Notes: a model not told the origin generated them from the sequence alone. Shown: positions 1-10,010, counted from the first letter of the stretch. The stretch: 32,000 nt of DNA from Cupriavidus necator (GCF_016127575.1 NZ_CP066018.1:2580001-2612000), one strand, 5' to 3'. A program made the numbers and translations.

Positions 1-1534
1 CGTTCTGCCCGTAGCCGTGCAGCTCGCTGCGTGAACGTTTGCCGGAGGCGGTGTCCAGCATCAGCCGGAACAGTTCCTCACCGAGCCCGCCAATGGTGGC
101 GCTGCCGTCCAGCACGGCGCCGCAGTTCAGGTCCATGTCATCGGACTGGCGTTGCCACAGCGCGGTATTGGTCGCCAGCTTGACCGAGGGCGAGGGCGCA
201 CAGCCGTAGGCCGAGCCGCGCCCCGTGGTGAAGCAGATCAGGTTGGCACCCCCCGCGACCTGGCCGGTCGCGGAGATGGGGTCGTAGCCCGGCGTGTCCA
301 TGAACACCAGGCCGCGCGCGCGCACCGGCTGCGCGTACTCATAGACCTCGGCCAGGTTGGCCGAGCCGCCCTTGGCGATGCCGCCCAGGGATTTTTCCAG
401 CACGGTGGTCAGCCCGCCCGCCTTGTTGCCTGCCGACGGGTTGTTGTCCATGCTGGCACCGTGGCGCGCGCAATAGTCCTCCCACCAGCGGATGCGCGCC
501 ACCAGCTTGCGGCCGATTTCCGGTGTCTGTGCGCGGCGCGTGAGCAGGTGCTCGGCGCCGTAGATCTCGGGCGTCTCGGAGAGGATGGCAGTGCCGCCGT
601 GGCGCACCAGCAGGTCTACCGCCGCGCCCAGCACCGGGTTCGCCGAGATGCCCGAGTAGCCGTCGGAGCCGCCGCACTGCAGGCCCACCACCAGGTGGCT
701 GGCAGGCACCGGCTGGCGCTGCACGGCATTCGCGGCGGGCAGCATCTCCTGGATCATGGCAATGCCGCGTGCGATGGTCCTGGTGGTGCCGCCGCTGTCC
801 TGGATGGTGAAGGTCTGCAGGCGGTCGTCGTGGGCCAGCCCCTGGGTGGCAAGCAGCGCCGAAATCTGGTTGGTCTCGCAGCCCAGCCCGATCACCAGCA
901 CGCTGGCGAAGTTGGGATGGCAGGCATAGCCGCCCAGCGTGCGCTGCAGCAGCGCCAGCCCTTCCCCCTGCGGGTCCACCGCGCAACCGACGCCGTGCGT
1001 GAGCGCCACCACGCCGTCGACGTTGGGATAGGCGGCCAGCGCCTCGGGATGGATGTCGCGGCGGAAGTGGTCGGCAATGGCGCGCGCCACCGTGGCCGAG
1101 CAGTTCACCGAGGTCAGGATGCCGATGTAGTTGCGCGTGGCCACGCGGCCATCGGCCCGCACGATGCCCGCGAAGGTGGCCGGCGCCGGCACCGGCTCCG
1201 GCGCGCGCGCATCGGCGCCATAGGCATAGTCGCGCGTGAAGTCGCCCATGGCCAGGTTGTGGGTGTGCACGTGCTGGCCGGGGCGGATGTCCTGGCTGGC
1301 GAAGCCGATGATCTGCCCGTAGCGGCGCACCGCCTCGCCGGCGCCGATGGCGCGCGTTGCCACCTTGTGGCCGGGCGGGACCAGGCCGAGCACAGTCACG
1401 TCTTCTTCGTCGAGCGTGGTGCCTGCCACGAGCTGGTCGCGGGCAATGACGACGTCGTCTTCCGGGTGCAGCCGGATCACGCGCAAGGCGGCGTGCAGCT
1501 GTGCTGCCTTGCCGGGGTTGGCAGGTGCGTTCAT
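1..1534 (-). CDS. UxaA/GarD-family hydro-lyase (altronate/galactarate dehydratase-like), C-terminal few residues cut by window edge
   Basis: Absent from the ORF track because it has no stop in the window. Hand translation from ATG (complement of 1534-1532; SD GAGGGAG 8 nt upstream) gives MNAPANPGKAAQLHAALRVIRLHPEDDVVIARDQLVAGTTLDEEDVTVLGLVPPGHKVATRAIGAGEAVRRYGQIIGFASQDIRPGQHVHTHNL, a SAF-type N-domain of this family. The same frame at the window edge reads GGLGEELFRLMLDTASGKRSRSELHGYGQN, typical of the family C-terminus. The frame is continuous between the two ends. Confidence 0.85.
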   Translation of the reverse strand, partial: MNAPANPGKAAQLHAALRVIRLHPEDDVVIARDQLVAGTTLDEEDVTVLGLVPPGHKVATRAIGAGEAVRRYGQIIGFASQDIRPGQHVHTHNLAMGDFTRDYAYGADARAPEPVPAPATFAGIVRADGRVATRNYIGILTSVNCSATVARAIADHFRRDIHPEALAAYPNVDGVVALTHGVGCAVDPQGEGLALLQRTLGGYACHPNFASVLVIGLGCETNQISALLATQGLAHDDRLQTFTIQDSGGTTRTIARGIAMIQEMLPAANAVQRQPVPASHLVVGLQCGGSDGYSGISANPVLGAAVDLLVRHGGTAILSETPEIYGAEHLLTRRAQTPEIGRKLVARIRWWEDYCARHGASMDNNPSAGNKAGGLTTVLEKSLGGIAKGGSANLAEVYEYAQPVRARGLVFMDTPGYDPISATGQVAGGANLICFTTGRGSAYGCAPSPSVKLATNTALWQRQSDDMDLNCGAVLDGSATIGGLGEELFRLMLDTASGKRSRSELHGYGQN

Positions 1535-1554
1535 GCGATGAGCTCCCTCGTTCC

Positions 1555-2349
1555 TTATTTCAGCATCTCGGCCGGCAGCGACAGGCCGAAATAGCGCTTG
1601 TAGATGTCGTTGATCCTGCCGTTCTTCAGGTTGGTCCTGACCCAGCCGTCGAGCCAGTCCTTGAGGGCGGTATCGCCCTTGCGCAGGCCGATCGCATAGG
1701 GAAAGGTCTGCATCACGAACTTGATTTCCAGGTCGCGCGACGGATTGCTGCGCCTGACCTCCGGAATCACGCTGATGGCCGCGGCCAGGTAGTCCTGCTG
1801 GCCGGTGGAGACCGCGGTATTGGTGGTCGCGTCATCCTCGTAGCGCACGATATTCACCGCTGCCACGGCCTTGGCGCCCCGGCTCAGTTCCTGGTCGCTG
1901 GTGGTGCCGCGCGTGACCGCGACGGTCTTGCCCGACAGGTCGGCGAAGGACTTGACCTGGGCCTTGGTCGGGCCGCCCACCACCACGGGGATCACGCCAT
2001 ACGGCTCGGAGAAATCGATGACCTTCTTGCGCGCGTCCGTCACGGAAAAGGAGGCCAGCACCACGTCCGCCTTGCGGGTGAGGAGGAAGGGCACGCGGTT
2101 GGGGCCCGTGACCGGAACGATCTCAAGGTCGACGCCCAGGTCCTTGGCGAGCAGGCGCGCGGTCTCGATGTCGGAGCCGCTCTGCCTGGCTTGTGTATCC
2201 AGCATGCCGTAGGGAGGCGCGCTGATATCGACCGCCACCAGGATCTTCTTGCGCTGCTTGATGGTGTCGAGCGTGTCGGCCGAGGCGGCGGAGGTGCCGG
2301 CCAGCAGCAGGGCGGCGAGTGGGGCAAAGAGATAGCGGCGATAGTTCAT
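1555..2349 (-). CDS. ABC transporter substrate-binding protein, family 3 (polar amino acid/opine type), Sec signal
   Basis: Track ORF 1555..2475 trimmed to ATG at 2349 (GGAGA SD upstream). N-terminus is MNYRRYLFAPLAALLLAGTSAASA, a signal peptide, followed by DTLDTIKQRKKILVAVDISAPPYGMLD, typical of family-3 binding proteins. It lies 20 nt upstream of the dehydratase start. Confidence 0.85.
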   Translation of the reverse strand: MNYRRYLFAPLAALLLAGTSAASADTLDTIKQRKKILVAVDISAPPYGMLDTQARQSGSDIETARLLAKDLGVDLEIVPVTGPNRVPFLLTRKADVVLASFSVTDARKKVIDFSEPYGVIPVVVGGPTKAQVKSFADLSGKTVAVTRGTTSDQELSRGAKAVAAVNIVRYEDDATTNTAVSTGQQDYLAAAISVIPEVRRSNPSRDLEIKFVMQTFPYAIGLRKGDTALKDWLDGWVRTNLKNGRINDIYKRYFGLSLPAEMLK

Positions 2350-2410
2350 GAGGTTGTCTCCATATTGTTGGATATCGAAACGGGTTCTTGCTGAGCGGGC
2401 GCTGCCGCGC

Positions 2411-3151
2411 TTACAGGCCGTTGCTGACGAACTGGCGCAGTTCCGGCGTGGCAGGTTCGTCAAGCAGCCTGCCACTGCCGCATTCCCAGACGATGCCCTG
2501 GTGCATGAACATGATCTGGTCCGCCACCGAGCGCGCGAACGACATCTCGTGCGTGACCAGCACCATGGTCATGCCGTCTTCGGCCAGTTTTTCAATGACC
2601 CGCAGCACCTCGCCGGTAAGCTCGGGATCGAGCGCGGAAGTGACTTCGTCGAACAGCATCAGGCGCGGCTGCATGGCCAGCGAGCGCGCGATGGCGACGC
2701 GCTGCTGCTGGCCGCCGGAGAGCTGTTCCGGGTAGTAGTCGGCGCGCTCTTCCATGCCGACTTGCCGCAGCACGTGGCGGGCCAGTTCGCCCGCTTCCTT
2801 GCGCCCCATGCCCTTGACCTTGCGCGGTGCCAGCATGACGTTCTCGGCCACGGTCAGGTGCGGGAACAGGTTGTAGCTCTGGAACACGATGCCGACTTCC
2901 TTGCGCAGCGCGCCCAGGTCAACGGCGTCTTCGTGCATGGCATGGCCGCACACATGCAGGGCCCCGCCGCTCACGCGCTCCAGCCCGTTGATGCAGCGCA
3001 GGGCCGTGCTCTTGCCCGAGCCGCTGCGGCCGATCAGGGCCACCACCTCGCCGCGGCGCACCGAGAAGCTCACGCCCTTGAGGATTTCCACTTGTCCGAA
3101 GGACTTGCTTACCTTGTCGAAGCGGACCACTTCGTCCACGCTTGTCTCCAT
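2411..3151 (-). CDS. amino acid ABC transporter ATP-binding protein (GlnQ/HisP-like)
   Basis: Walker [10 protein letters not shown], signature LSGGQQQR, Walker B LMLFDE, 246 aa. Confidence 0.95.
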   Translation of the reverse strand: METSVDEVVRFDKVSKSFGQVEILKGVSFSVRRGEVVALIGRSGSGKSTALRCINGLERVSGGALHVCGHAMHEDAVDLGALRKEVGIVFQSYNLFPHLTVAENVMLAPRKVKGMGRKEAGELARHVLRQVGMEERADYYPEQLSGGQQQRVAIARSLAMQPRLMLFDEVTSALDPELTGEVLRVIEKLAEDGMTMVLVTHEMSFARSVADQIMFMHQGIVWECGSGRLLDEPATPELRQFVSNGL

Positions 3152-3188
3152 GACGTTCCTTTGTTGTCGGGTTTTGGCGCTGTCAGGC

Positions 3189-3839
3189 TCAGGCGCGTGC
3201 CTTGTTGAAGCGGCGCTCCAGGCGGTACGAGAGCGATGAGAGCGGATAGCAGATGGCGAAATACAGCGCCGCGGCGATGGTGAACACCAGAAAGGGCTTG
3301 AAGGTGGAGTTGTTGACCACCCGCGCCGAATAGGTCAGGTCGAAGAAGCCGATCACCACCGCGTACGACGAGTTCTTCACGATCTGCACCAGGAAGCTCA
3401 CCGTGGGCGCAATGGCAATGCGGGCGGCCTGCGGCAGGATCACGTACACCGCCCGCTGCAGCGGCGTGAGCGCCAGGCATTCGGCGGCCTCCCACTGCGT
3501 GCGCGGCACGGCCTGGATGCAGCCCTTCCAGATCTCGCCGAGGTAGGCGCTGGAATACGCCGTCATCGCGATCCCCGCGGCGACCAGCGCCGGCAGCTCG
3601 AAGCCGCCCACGCTGATGCCGAAATACACCACGAACATGATCACCGGCAGCGGCACGCCCTGTACCAGCTGCACGTAGGCGCCCGTGAGCGTGCGCAGCA
3701 CGCGCCCGCCGCGGCTGCGCGCCAGCGCCAGCGGTACGCCCACCAGCGCGCCGCCGGCAAAGCCCATGCCTGCCAGCAGCAAGGTCCAGCCTGCGCCGCG
3801 CAGGATGAACAACACTTGATCGAAAGAAATTCCGTGCAT
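3189..3839 (-). CDS. amino acid ABC transporter permease (His/Glu/Gln/Arg/opine family)
   Basis: 216 aa hydrophobic protein with an EAA-like loop ([21 protein letters not shown]). It lies between the second permease and the ATPase. Confidence 0.9.
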   Translation of the reverse strand: MHGISFDQVLFILRGAGWTLLLAGMGFAGGALVGVPLALARSRGGRVLRTLTGAYVQLVQGVPLPVIMFVVYFGISVGGFELPALVAAGIAMTAYSSAYLGEIWKGCIQAVPRTQWEAAECLALTPLQRAVYVILPQAARIAIAPTVSFLVQIVKNSSYAVVIGFFDLTYSARVVNNSTFKPFLVFTIAAALYFAICYPLSSLSYRLERRFNKARA

Positions 3840-3854
3840 GAGGCGCGCTCCGGT

Positions 3855-4538
3855 TCAGAGAGGGGTTTGCAGGCGCCGGCGGCGCGTAAAGGCCAGGGCG
3901 CCGATGCCTGCCATCGACAGGCGCAGCAGCCAGGACAGCAGCAGGTAGACGAGCGCGATCACCAGGTAGATCTCGAAGCCGCGGAAGGTCTCCGACTGGA
4001 TGCGGTAGCCCACCGCTGTGAGTTCCTCGGCCGAGATCTGCGACATGATCGAAGTGGCCAGCATCATCAGCACGAACTGGCTGATCAGCGCCGGATACAT
4101 GCGCTCCACCGCTTGCGGCAACACCACCAGGCGCAGCATCTGCCAGCGCGACAGCCCCAGGCAGGAAGCGGCCTCGAGCTGGCCGCGCGGCACCGACTCG
4201 ATGCCGGCGCGCACGATTTCGGTGGTATAGGCCGACACGTTCACGACCAGCGCCACCACTGCCGCCGCCATGGCCGGCACCCGCACCTGCACCGCCGCCA
4301 GCCCGAAGAAGAGCCAGAAGGCCTGGATCACCAGCGGCGTATTGCGAATCACGTCCACATACACCGTGACGCAGCGGCGCGCCCACGCGGGGCCTTGCGT
4401 GCGCACCACGGCCAGCGCCGTGCCCAGCACGAAGCCGAACACGATGGTGGCGACCGACATGCGCAAGGTCAGCCACACGCCGTCGAGCAAGTCCCGCCAG
4501 CCCGTGGACAGGAAACTGAAATCAAACTGGTAGTCCAT
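3855..4538 (-). CDS. amino acid ABC transporter permease (His/Glu/Gln/Arg/opine family)
   Basis: Track ORF 3855..4796 trimmed to ATG at 4538, preceded by a strong SD (AAGGAGG). Starts MDYQFDFSFLSTGWRDLLDGVWLTL and carries the EAA loop EAASCLGLSRWQMLRLVVLPQA. It ends 15 nt before the next permease. Confidence 0.9.
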   Translation of the reverse strand: MDYQFDFSFLSTGWRDLLDGVWLTLRMSVATIVFGFVLGTALAVVRTQGPAWARRCVTVYVDVIRNTPLVIQAFWLFFGLAAVQVRVPAMAAAVVALVVNVSAYTTEIVRAGIESVPRGQLEAASCLGLSRWQMLRLVVLPQAVERMYPALISQFVLMMLATSIMSQISAEELTAVGYRIQSETFRGFEIYLVIALVYLLLSWLLRLSMAGIGALAFTRRRRLQTPL

Positions 4539-4649
4539 CGGCGCGGGTTCCTCCTTCTCGTGGCGCCGCCGCGGCCGGCGCGCGCCCTGTCTCTTGTTGT
4601 GGCTTCGTTGTCGTGCTTGCGGCGTGCGACACGCGCCGTGGTGGGATGA

Positions 4650-4678
4650 AATATATGACCATTGCCGGCAATGATCAA
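4650..4678 (-). promoter_or_regulatory. sigma70-like promoter for the ABC/dehydratase operon, with a palindromic operator in the spacer
   Basis: On the minus strand: TTGATC (4678-4673), a 17-nt spacer, then TATATT (4655-4650). The spacer contains the perfect 14-nt palindrome CATTGCCGGCAATG (4660-4673), or 20/22 when extended to 4656-4677. A second 5-2-5 palindrome TATCC-GT-GGATA lies at 4679-4690. Confidence 0.5.
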
Positions 4679-4771
4679 TATCCGTGGATACCCGTGTATG
4701 ATGGAATGCGATGAGATGCCCTGGCGTGCCGCCATGGCTACACTGACCGACCGCCACGTTCTGGAGACAAA

Positions 4772-5818
4772 GTGCCGAGCCCATCGATGACGACACGAGA
4801 CCGAAATCGCGTCGCCCCCCTTGCTGCCAGCCTGGAAGCGGAGGAAGCCAGCCGCCATGCGCCGATCTACGCGTTGATCCACCAGGTGCTGCGCAAGGCG
4901 ATGCTGGACGGGACGCTGGAGCAGGGCACCGTGCTGCTGGAAGGGCCGGTCGCGGAGATTCTGCGCGCCACCCGGTCGCCGGTGCGGCAGGCCTTGCGCG
5001 AGCTGGAGGCCGAAGGCCTGGTCAGCCGCTTCGACGGGCGCGGCTATGTCGCCGGCCCGGCCGGCACCGAGCCCAGGCGTGTGCCGCTGGACGCGGCCAT
5101 GCTGGGCGTGGACAGCGCGCCGGACGTGGCACGCAAGACGCTGGGCTGGGAGGTCATCTACGACGAGGTGGAGCGCAACCTGGTCCACCTGTCGGTGTTC
5201 GGGCGCTACCGTGTCAACGAAGTCGAGCTGGCGCGCTATTTCAACGTGGGGCGCACCGTGGTGCGCGATGTGCTGCTGCGCCTGGAAAGCCTGGGCATCC
5301 TGGAGAAGGACGAGCGCCAGCGCTGGGTCATCATCCCGCTGGATGCGCAGCGCATCCACGATCTCTACGAGCTGCGCTCACTGGTGGAGCCGGCCGCGCT
5401 GCGCGGCGCCATCGTCCATGCGGACGCGGCCGAGCTGGCTGCCATGATGGAAGACCTGCACAAGGTGCAGCGTGTCTACCCGAAGGTGTCGCGCACCGCC
5501 ATGGACAAGCTGGAGCATGACCTGCACGTGCGCCTGCTGTCGCTGTGCCCGAACAAGGAGCTGCTGGGCAGCCTGCAGCGCACGCGCTGCATCCTGACCC
5601 TGAGCAAGCATGTACTGGGAGCGTCGGCGCCGATGCCGCAGGAAGATCCCTTCCTCTCCGAGCACATGGCCGTGCTGCAGGCCGCCGCCGCAGGCGCGCC
5701 GCGCAAGGCCGCTGAGCTGTTGCGGGAACACCTGGAGCTGTCGTGCGCGAAGGTCACGCAGCGGGCCGGGCTGGTGCGCGAAACGTTCGCGCTGCCGACG
5801 GTGTCCTACATCGCCTGA
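4772..5818 (+). CDS. GntR-family transcriptional regulator with two tandem wHTH domains plus an FCD-type C-terminal domain
   Basis: GTG start at 4772 (GGAGA SD); an alternative ATG lies at 4787. First wHTH is about aa 32-94 (IYALIHQVL...GPVAEILRATRSPVRQALRELEAEGLVSRFDGRGYVAG). Second wHTH is about aa 129-189 (IYDEVERNL...EVELARYFNVGRTVVRDVLLRLESLGILEKDERQRWVIIP). An FCD-like helical domain follows (DLYELRSLVEPAALRGA...). Divergent from the ABC operon. Confidence 0.85.
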   Translation: MPSPSMTTRDRNRVAPLAASLEAEEASRHAPIYALIHQVLRKAMLDGTLEQGTVLLEGPVAEILRATRSPVRQALRELEAEGLVSRFDGRGYVAGPAGTEPRRVPLDAAMLGVDSAPDVARKTLGWEVIYDEVERNLVHLSVFGRYRVNEVELARYFNVGRTVVRDVLLRLESLGILEKDERQRWVIIPLDAQRIHDLYELRSLVEPAALRGAIVHADAAELAAMMEDLHKVQRVYPKVSRTAMDKLEHDLHVRLLSLCPNKELLGSLQRTRCILTLSKHVLGASAPMPQEDPFLSEHMAVLQAAAAGAPRKAAELLREHLELSCAKVTQRAGLVRETFALPTVSYIA

Positions 5819-5829
5819 GCGCAAATAAG

Positions 5830-5877
5830 GAGAGGCCGCAACCCTCCCGGCATTTGCCGGAATGGTTGCGGCCTCTC
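5830..5877. terminator. compound hairpin between convergent GntR gene and galU (bidirectional terminator candidate)
   Basis: Perfect 14-bp stem GAGAGGCCGCAACC (5830-5843) / GGTTGCGGCCTCTC (5864-5877), with an inner stem CCGGCA/TGCCGG (5847-5852 / 5855-5860). There is no long U tract. Confidence 0.6.
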
Positions 5878-5929
5878 ACGGCTGCAGACGTCCAGGAACT
5901 TCCTTTCCTGTCCGCAGGGCAGGGCGCGA

Positions 5930-6820
5930 TCAGCTGCCGATGCCGGTCAGGTGCTCGCGCGATTCCAGGTAGGCGCTGAATTCAGTCCCGACTTCCGGGT
6001 GCTTCAAGGCAAATTCAACGGTTGCCTTCAGGTAGCCCAGCTTGCTGCCGCAGTCATAGCGGCGGCCCTGGTAGCGGTAGGCCAGCACCTGCTCCTGGCC
6101 CAGCAGCGACTGGATCGCGTCGGTCAGCTGCAGCTCGCCGCCGGCGCCCGGCTTCAGGTCACGCAGGTGTTCGAAGATGCGCGGGGTCAGGATGTAGCGG
6201 CCGACCACGCCCAGGTTGGACGGCGCGTCTTCCGGCGCCGGCTTCTCGATGATGCCGGAGACCTTGATCACGTCCGCATCCCATTCGCGGCCGTCGATCA
6301 CGCCGTAGGAGCGGCTTTGCTCCGGCGTGATCTCCTCGACCCCCAGCACCGAGCAGTTGTAGTGGTTGAAGGTATCCACCATCTGCTTCATCACCGGCGG
6401 GTTGCCGTCGATCAGGTCATCGGCCAGCATCACTGCGAACGGCGTGTCGCCGACCAGCTTGGCCGCGCACAGCACCGCATGCCCCAGGCCCAGCGCTTCG
6501 GGCTGGCGCACGTAGAAGCATTCCACGTTGGCGGGCTTGATCGAGCGCACCACGTCCAGCAGCGCCTGCTTGTTCTTGGCCTCAAGCTCCACTTCCAGCT
6601 CGAAGGCCTTGTCGAAATGGTCCTCGATGGCGCGCTTGGAGCGGCCGGTGACAAAGATCATCTCGGTAATGCCGGCGGCCATGGCTTCTTCCACGGCGTA
6701 CTGGATCAGCGGCTTGTCCACCACCGGAAGCATTTCCTTGGGGCTGGCCTTGGTGGCCGGCAGGAAGCGAGTGCCCAGGCCCGCAACCGGGAACACAGCC
6801 TTGGTGACGCGATTTTCCAT
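5930..6820 (-). CDS. galU: UTP--glucose-1-phosphate uridylyltransferase
   Basis: Track ORF trimmed to ATG at 6820 (GAGAGG SD). Starts [46 protein letters not shown], the canonical GalU N-terminus. 296 aa. Confidence 0.95.
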   Translation of the reverse strand: MENRVTKAVFPVAGLGTRFLPATKASPKEMLPVVDKPLIQYAVEEAMAAGITEMIFVTGRSKRAIEDHFDKAFELEVELEAKNKQALLDVVRSIKPANVECFYVRQPEALGLGHAVLCAAKLVGDTPFAVMLADDLIDGNPPVMKQMVDTFNHYNCSVLGVEEITPEQSRSYGVIDGREWDADVIKVSGIIEKPAPEDAPSNLGVVGRYILTPRIFEHLRDLKPGAGGELQLTDAIQSLLGQEQVLAYRYQGRRYDCGSKLGYLKATVEFALKHPEVGTEFSAYLESREHLTGIGS

Positions 6821-6883
6821 ATCAGGTGTACCTCTCAGATTCCAGTCCATAACCCTGCCAGCCATTGCGGGCGTCGTCTGTCC

Positions 6884-6912
6884 GGTTCTGTCCGACGAAG
6901 CCGGACAGAACC
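6884..6912 (-). terminator. hairpin between valS stop and galU start (weak terminator or processing structure)
   Basis: 11-bp perfect stem GGTTCTGTCCG / CGGACAGAACC with a 7-nt loop. The left arm overlaps a direct repeat TCTGTCCG (6877-6884 and 6887-6894). No U tract. Confidence 0.35.
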
Positions 6913-6949
6913 CCCGGCAGGCAGGGGCGTGAATGCGGCCGCCGTGCCG

Positions 6950-9817
6950 TCAGGCCGGCAGCCGCTGCAGCTGGCCCTGCAGCTTGGCCAGCGTCTGCTC
7001 GAAATCGGCCAGGCGCTGCGTCTCTTGCGCCACCACGGCAGGCGGTGCCTTGGCGACAAAGCTCTCGTTGGAGAGCTTGGCGCGGCACTTGCCGATTTCG
7101 CCACCGATGCGCTCGACTTCCTTCGACAGGCGCGCGCGCTCGGCGCCGACATCGATCTCGATCTTCAGCAGCAGGTGGTTGCCCCCGGCAATGGCGACCG
7201 GCGCGCCGGCGCCTTCAGCCTGCAGGGCAGCTTCATCTTCGAAGACGCGTACCTCGGAAAGTTTCGCCAGTGCCTGGATATGTGCGCTCGCCGCCTTCAG
7301 GAAGGTGCTGTCACCCTCAGCATAGAGCGGGATGCGCTGGGCCGGCGAGATGTTCATCTCGCCGCGCAGGTTGCGGCAGGCATCGATCACTTCCTTCAGG
7401 CGCGCAACCCATTGCTCGGCTTGCTCGTCGATCTTGGCGACCGCAGGCAGCGGGTAGGGCTGCAGCGCGATGGTCTCGGAGCCGTCACCCTTGGCGCGGC
7501 CGGCCAGCGGGGCCACCTTCTGCCACAGCTCTTCGGTGATGAAGGGGATGATCGGATGCGCCAGGCGCAGCACGGTCTCGAGCACGCGCAGCAGCGTGCG
7601 CCGCGTGGCGCGCTGCTGGGCCTCGGTGCCGTTCTGGATCTGCACCTTGGCCAGTTCCAGGTACCAGTCGCAGTATTCGTCCCAGACGAACTTGTAGATG
7701 GCGTTGGCGATATTGTCGAAGCGGTATTCGGCAAAGCCCTTCTCGACCTCGGCTTCCACGCGCTGCAGCAGCGACACGATCCAGCGGTCGGCCTGCGAGA
7801 AATCCAGGTAGCCGTCTGGGCCGCAGTCGTTGTTGCACGGGCCCATGCCGCAGTCATGGCCTTCGGTGTTCATCAGCACGAAGCGGGTCGCGTTCCACAG
7901 CTTGTTGCAGAAGTTGCGGTAGCCCTCGCAGCGGCCGGTATCGAAGTTGACGTTGCGGCCCAGCGTGGCCAGCGACGCGAAGGTGAAGCGCAGTGCGTCG
8001 GCGCCGAATGCGGGAATGCCCTCGGGGAATTCCTTTTTCGTCTTCTTCTCGATCTTGGGCGCGTCCTTGGGGCGGCGCAGGCCGGTGGTGCGCTTCTGCA
8101 GCAGCGTGTCGAGGTCGATGCCGTCGATCAGGTCCACCGGGTCCAGCGTGTTGCCCTCGGACTTGCTCATCTTCTTGCCTTCCGAATCGCGCACCAGGCC
8201 GTGCACGTAGACGGTATGGAAGGGCACCTTGCCGATGAAGTGCTTGGTCATCATGACCATGCGCGCCACCCAGAAGAAGATGATGTCGTAGCCGGTCACC
8301 AGCACCGACGACGGCAGGAAGTGATGCATCTCGGGCGTTTCTCCCGGCCAGCCCAGCGAGGAGAAGGGCACCAGCGCCGACGAGAACCAGGTGTCGAGCA
8401 CGTCTTCCTCGCGGCGCAGGCTGCCGGTGCTGCCGGCGGCCTTTGCCTTTGCCAGCGCTTCTTCTTCGGTGCGGCCGACAAAGCAGTTGCCGGCATCGTC
8501 ATACCACGCCGGGATCTGGTGGCCCCACCACAGCTGGCGCGAGATGCACCAGTCCTGGATATTGCCCAGCCACTGGTTGTAGGTGCTGATCCAGTTTTCC
8601 GGCACCAGCTTGATCTCGCCGCTCTGCACGGCTTCCAGCGCCACCTCGGCGATCGAGCGGCCCGGGTAGAAGGTGCCTTCCGGCGCCGGCTTGCTCATGG
8701 CGACGAACCACTGGTCGGTCAGCATCGGCTCGATCGCGCTGCCGGTGCGCTCGCTGCGCGGGGTCATCAGCTTGTGCTTCTTGACCTCGGCCAGCAGGCC
8801 GCGCTTGTCCAGGTCCTCGACGATGGCGCGGCGCGCGTCGAAGCGGTCCAGGCCGGCGTAGGCGGCGGGGGCGTCGGCAACGATCTTCGCGTCCAGCGTC
8901 AGGATCGACAACTGCGGCAGGTTGTGGCGCTGGCCCACGGCATAGTCGTTGAAGTCATGGCCGGGGGTCACCTTGACCACGCCGGTGCCGAACTCGCGGT
9001 CGACGTACTCGTCGGCAATCACCGGGATCTGGCGCTCGGTCAGCGGCAGCTGCACGAACTTGCCGATCAGGTGCGCATAGCGCTCGTCTTCCGGGTGGAC
9101 CATCACGGCCACGTCGCCCAGCATGGTTTCGGGGCGGGTGGTGGCCACAGTCAGGTGGGTCAGGCCGCCCTTGGCATCAGCCTCGACCAGCGGATAGTGG
9201 ATATGCCACAGCGAGCCTTCTTCCTCGATGCTGTCGACTTCCAGGTCCGACACGGCGGTGCCCAGCACCGGGTCCCAGTTGACCAGGCGCTTGCCGCGGT
9301 AGATCAGGCCCTGTTCGTGCAGGCGCACGAAAGCTTCGGTGACCGCCTTCGACATCTCGGGCGACATCGTGAAGTACTCGCGGCTCCAGTCGATCGAAGC
9401 GCCCATGCGCCGCACCTGGCGGGTGATGGTCGAGCCCGACTCTTCCTTCCAGGCCCACACCTTCTCGGTGAACTTCTCGCGGCCCAGGTCATGGCGCGAC
9501 ACGCCCTGCGACTCGAGCTGGCGCTCCACCACGATCTGGGTGGCGATGCCGGCGTGGTCGGTGCCCGGCACCCACAGCGTATTGGCGCCGCTCATGCGCG
9601 CATGGCGCGCCAGGCCGTCCATGATGGTCTGGTTGAAAGCGTGGCCCATATGCAGCGTGCCGGTCACATTGGGCGGCGGCAGCTGGATCGCAAAGTCCGG
9701 GCGGGCAGGGTCGAAGGTCGGCTTGGCAATGCCGCGCTTCTCCCACTCGGGGCCCCATTTCGCCTCGATGGCGGTGGGTTCGAAGCTTTTGGCGAGGGAC
9801 TGGTCTTGGGCGGTCAT
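6950..9817 (-). CDS. valS: valine--tRNA ligase
   Basis: 955 aa. HIGH-type motif [19 protein letters not shown] motif present, C-terminal coiled-coil. Confidence 0.98.
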   Translation of the reverse strand: MTAQDQSLAKSFEPTAIEAKWGPEWEKRGIAKPTFDPARPDFAIQLPPPNVTGTLHMGHAFNQTIMDGLARHARMSGANTLWVPGTDHAGIATQIVVERQLESQGVSRHDLGREKFTEKVWAWKEESGSTITRQVRRMGASIDWSREYFTMSPEMSKAVTEAFVRLHEQGLIYRGKRLVNWDPVLGTAVSDLEVDSIEEEGSLWHIHYPLVEADAKGGLTHLTVATTRPETMLGDVAVMVHPEDERYAHLIGKFVQLPLTERQIPVIADEYVDREFGTGVVKVTPGHDFNDYAVGQRHNLPQLSILTLDAKIVADAPAAYAGLDRFDARRAIVEDLDKRGLLAEVKKHKLMTPRSERTGSAIEPMLTDQWFVAMSKPAPEGTFYPGRSIAEVALEAVQSGEIKLVPENWISTYNQWLGNIQDWCISRQLWWGHQIPAWYDDAGNCFVGRTEEEALAKAKAAGSTGSLRREEDVLDTWFSSALVPFSSLGWPGETPEMHHFLPSSVLVTGYDIIFFWVARMVMMTKHFIGKVPFHTVYVHGLVRDSEGKKMSKSEGNTLDPVDLIDGIDLDTLLQKRTTGLRRPKDAPKIEKKTKKEFPEGIPAFGADALRFTFASLATLGRNVNFDTGRCEGYRNFCNKLWNATRFVLMNTEGHDCGMGPCNNDCGPDGYLDFSQADRWIVSLLQRVEAEVEKGFAEYRFDNIANAIYKFVWDEYCDWYLELAKVQIQNGTEAQQRATRRTLLRVLETVLRLAHPIIPFITEELWQKVAPLAGRAKGDGSETIALQPYPLPAVAKIDEQAEQWVARLKEVIDACRNLRGEMNISPAQRIPLYAEGDSTFLKAASAHIQALAKLSEVRVFEDEAALQAEGAGAPVAIAGGNHLLLKIEIDVGAERARLSKEVERIGGEIGKCRAKLSNESFVAKAPPAVVAQETQRLADFEQTLAKLQGQLQRLPA

Positions 9818-9983
9818 GCTGGGATGTCGATATTGGCGTCGGGGGTCGTCGCAGGGTGCTTCGGCCTGCGCCTGGCGAGGCGGCGGCCGTCGGCGGCCGG
9901 CATTGCGCCAGTAAAACGTTAAATTATACGGGGGTGGCAGGCTGGTGCCTATTTCCCGGCCATCCGGCCCCGCCGGATGTGAC

Positions 9984-10010
9984 TTGCAGGACAGGGCCCG
10001 CCGGTATAAT
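9984..10010 (+). promoter_or_regulatory. candidate sigma70 promoter for uvrD
   Basis: TTGCAG (9984-9989), a 15-nt spacer, then TATAAT (10005-10010), 27 nt upstream of the uvrD ATG. The spacer is short, so this is tentative. Confidence 0.35.

Noticed and set aside
152-1594. 480-aa plus-strand ORF over the left end
   Set aside because: It is antisense to the UxaA/GarD-family gene, whose minus-strand frame is continuous from the SAF N-domain to the conserved C-terminus. The plus-strand product is low-complexity and Arg/Ala-rich.
5951-9922. 1323-aa plus-strand ORF, the longest in the track
   Set aside because: It is exactly antisense to galU and valS, whose products carry unmistakable motifs ([20 protein letters not shown]). 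Its own translation is Arg/Ala/Gly/His/Leu-rich with no recognisable motif. This is the typical stop-free antisense frame of a high-GC genome.
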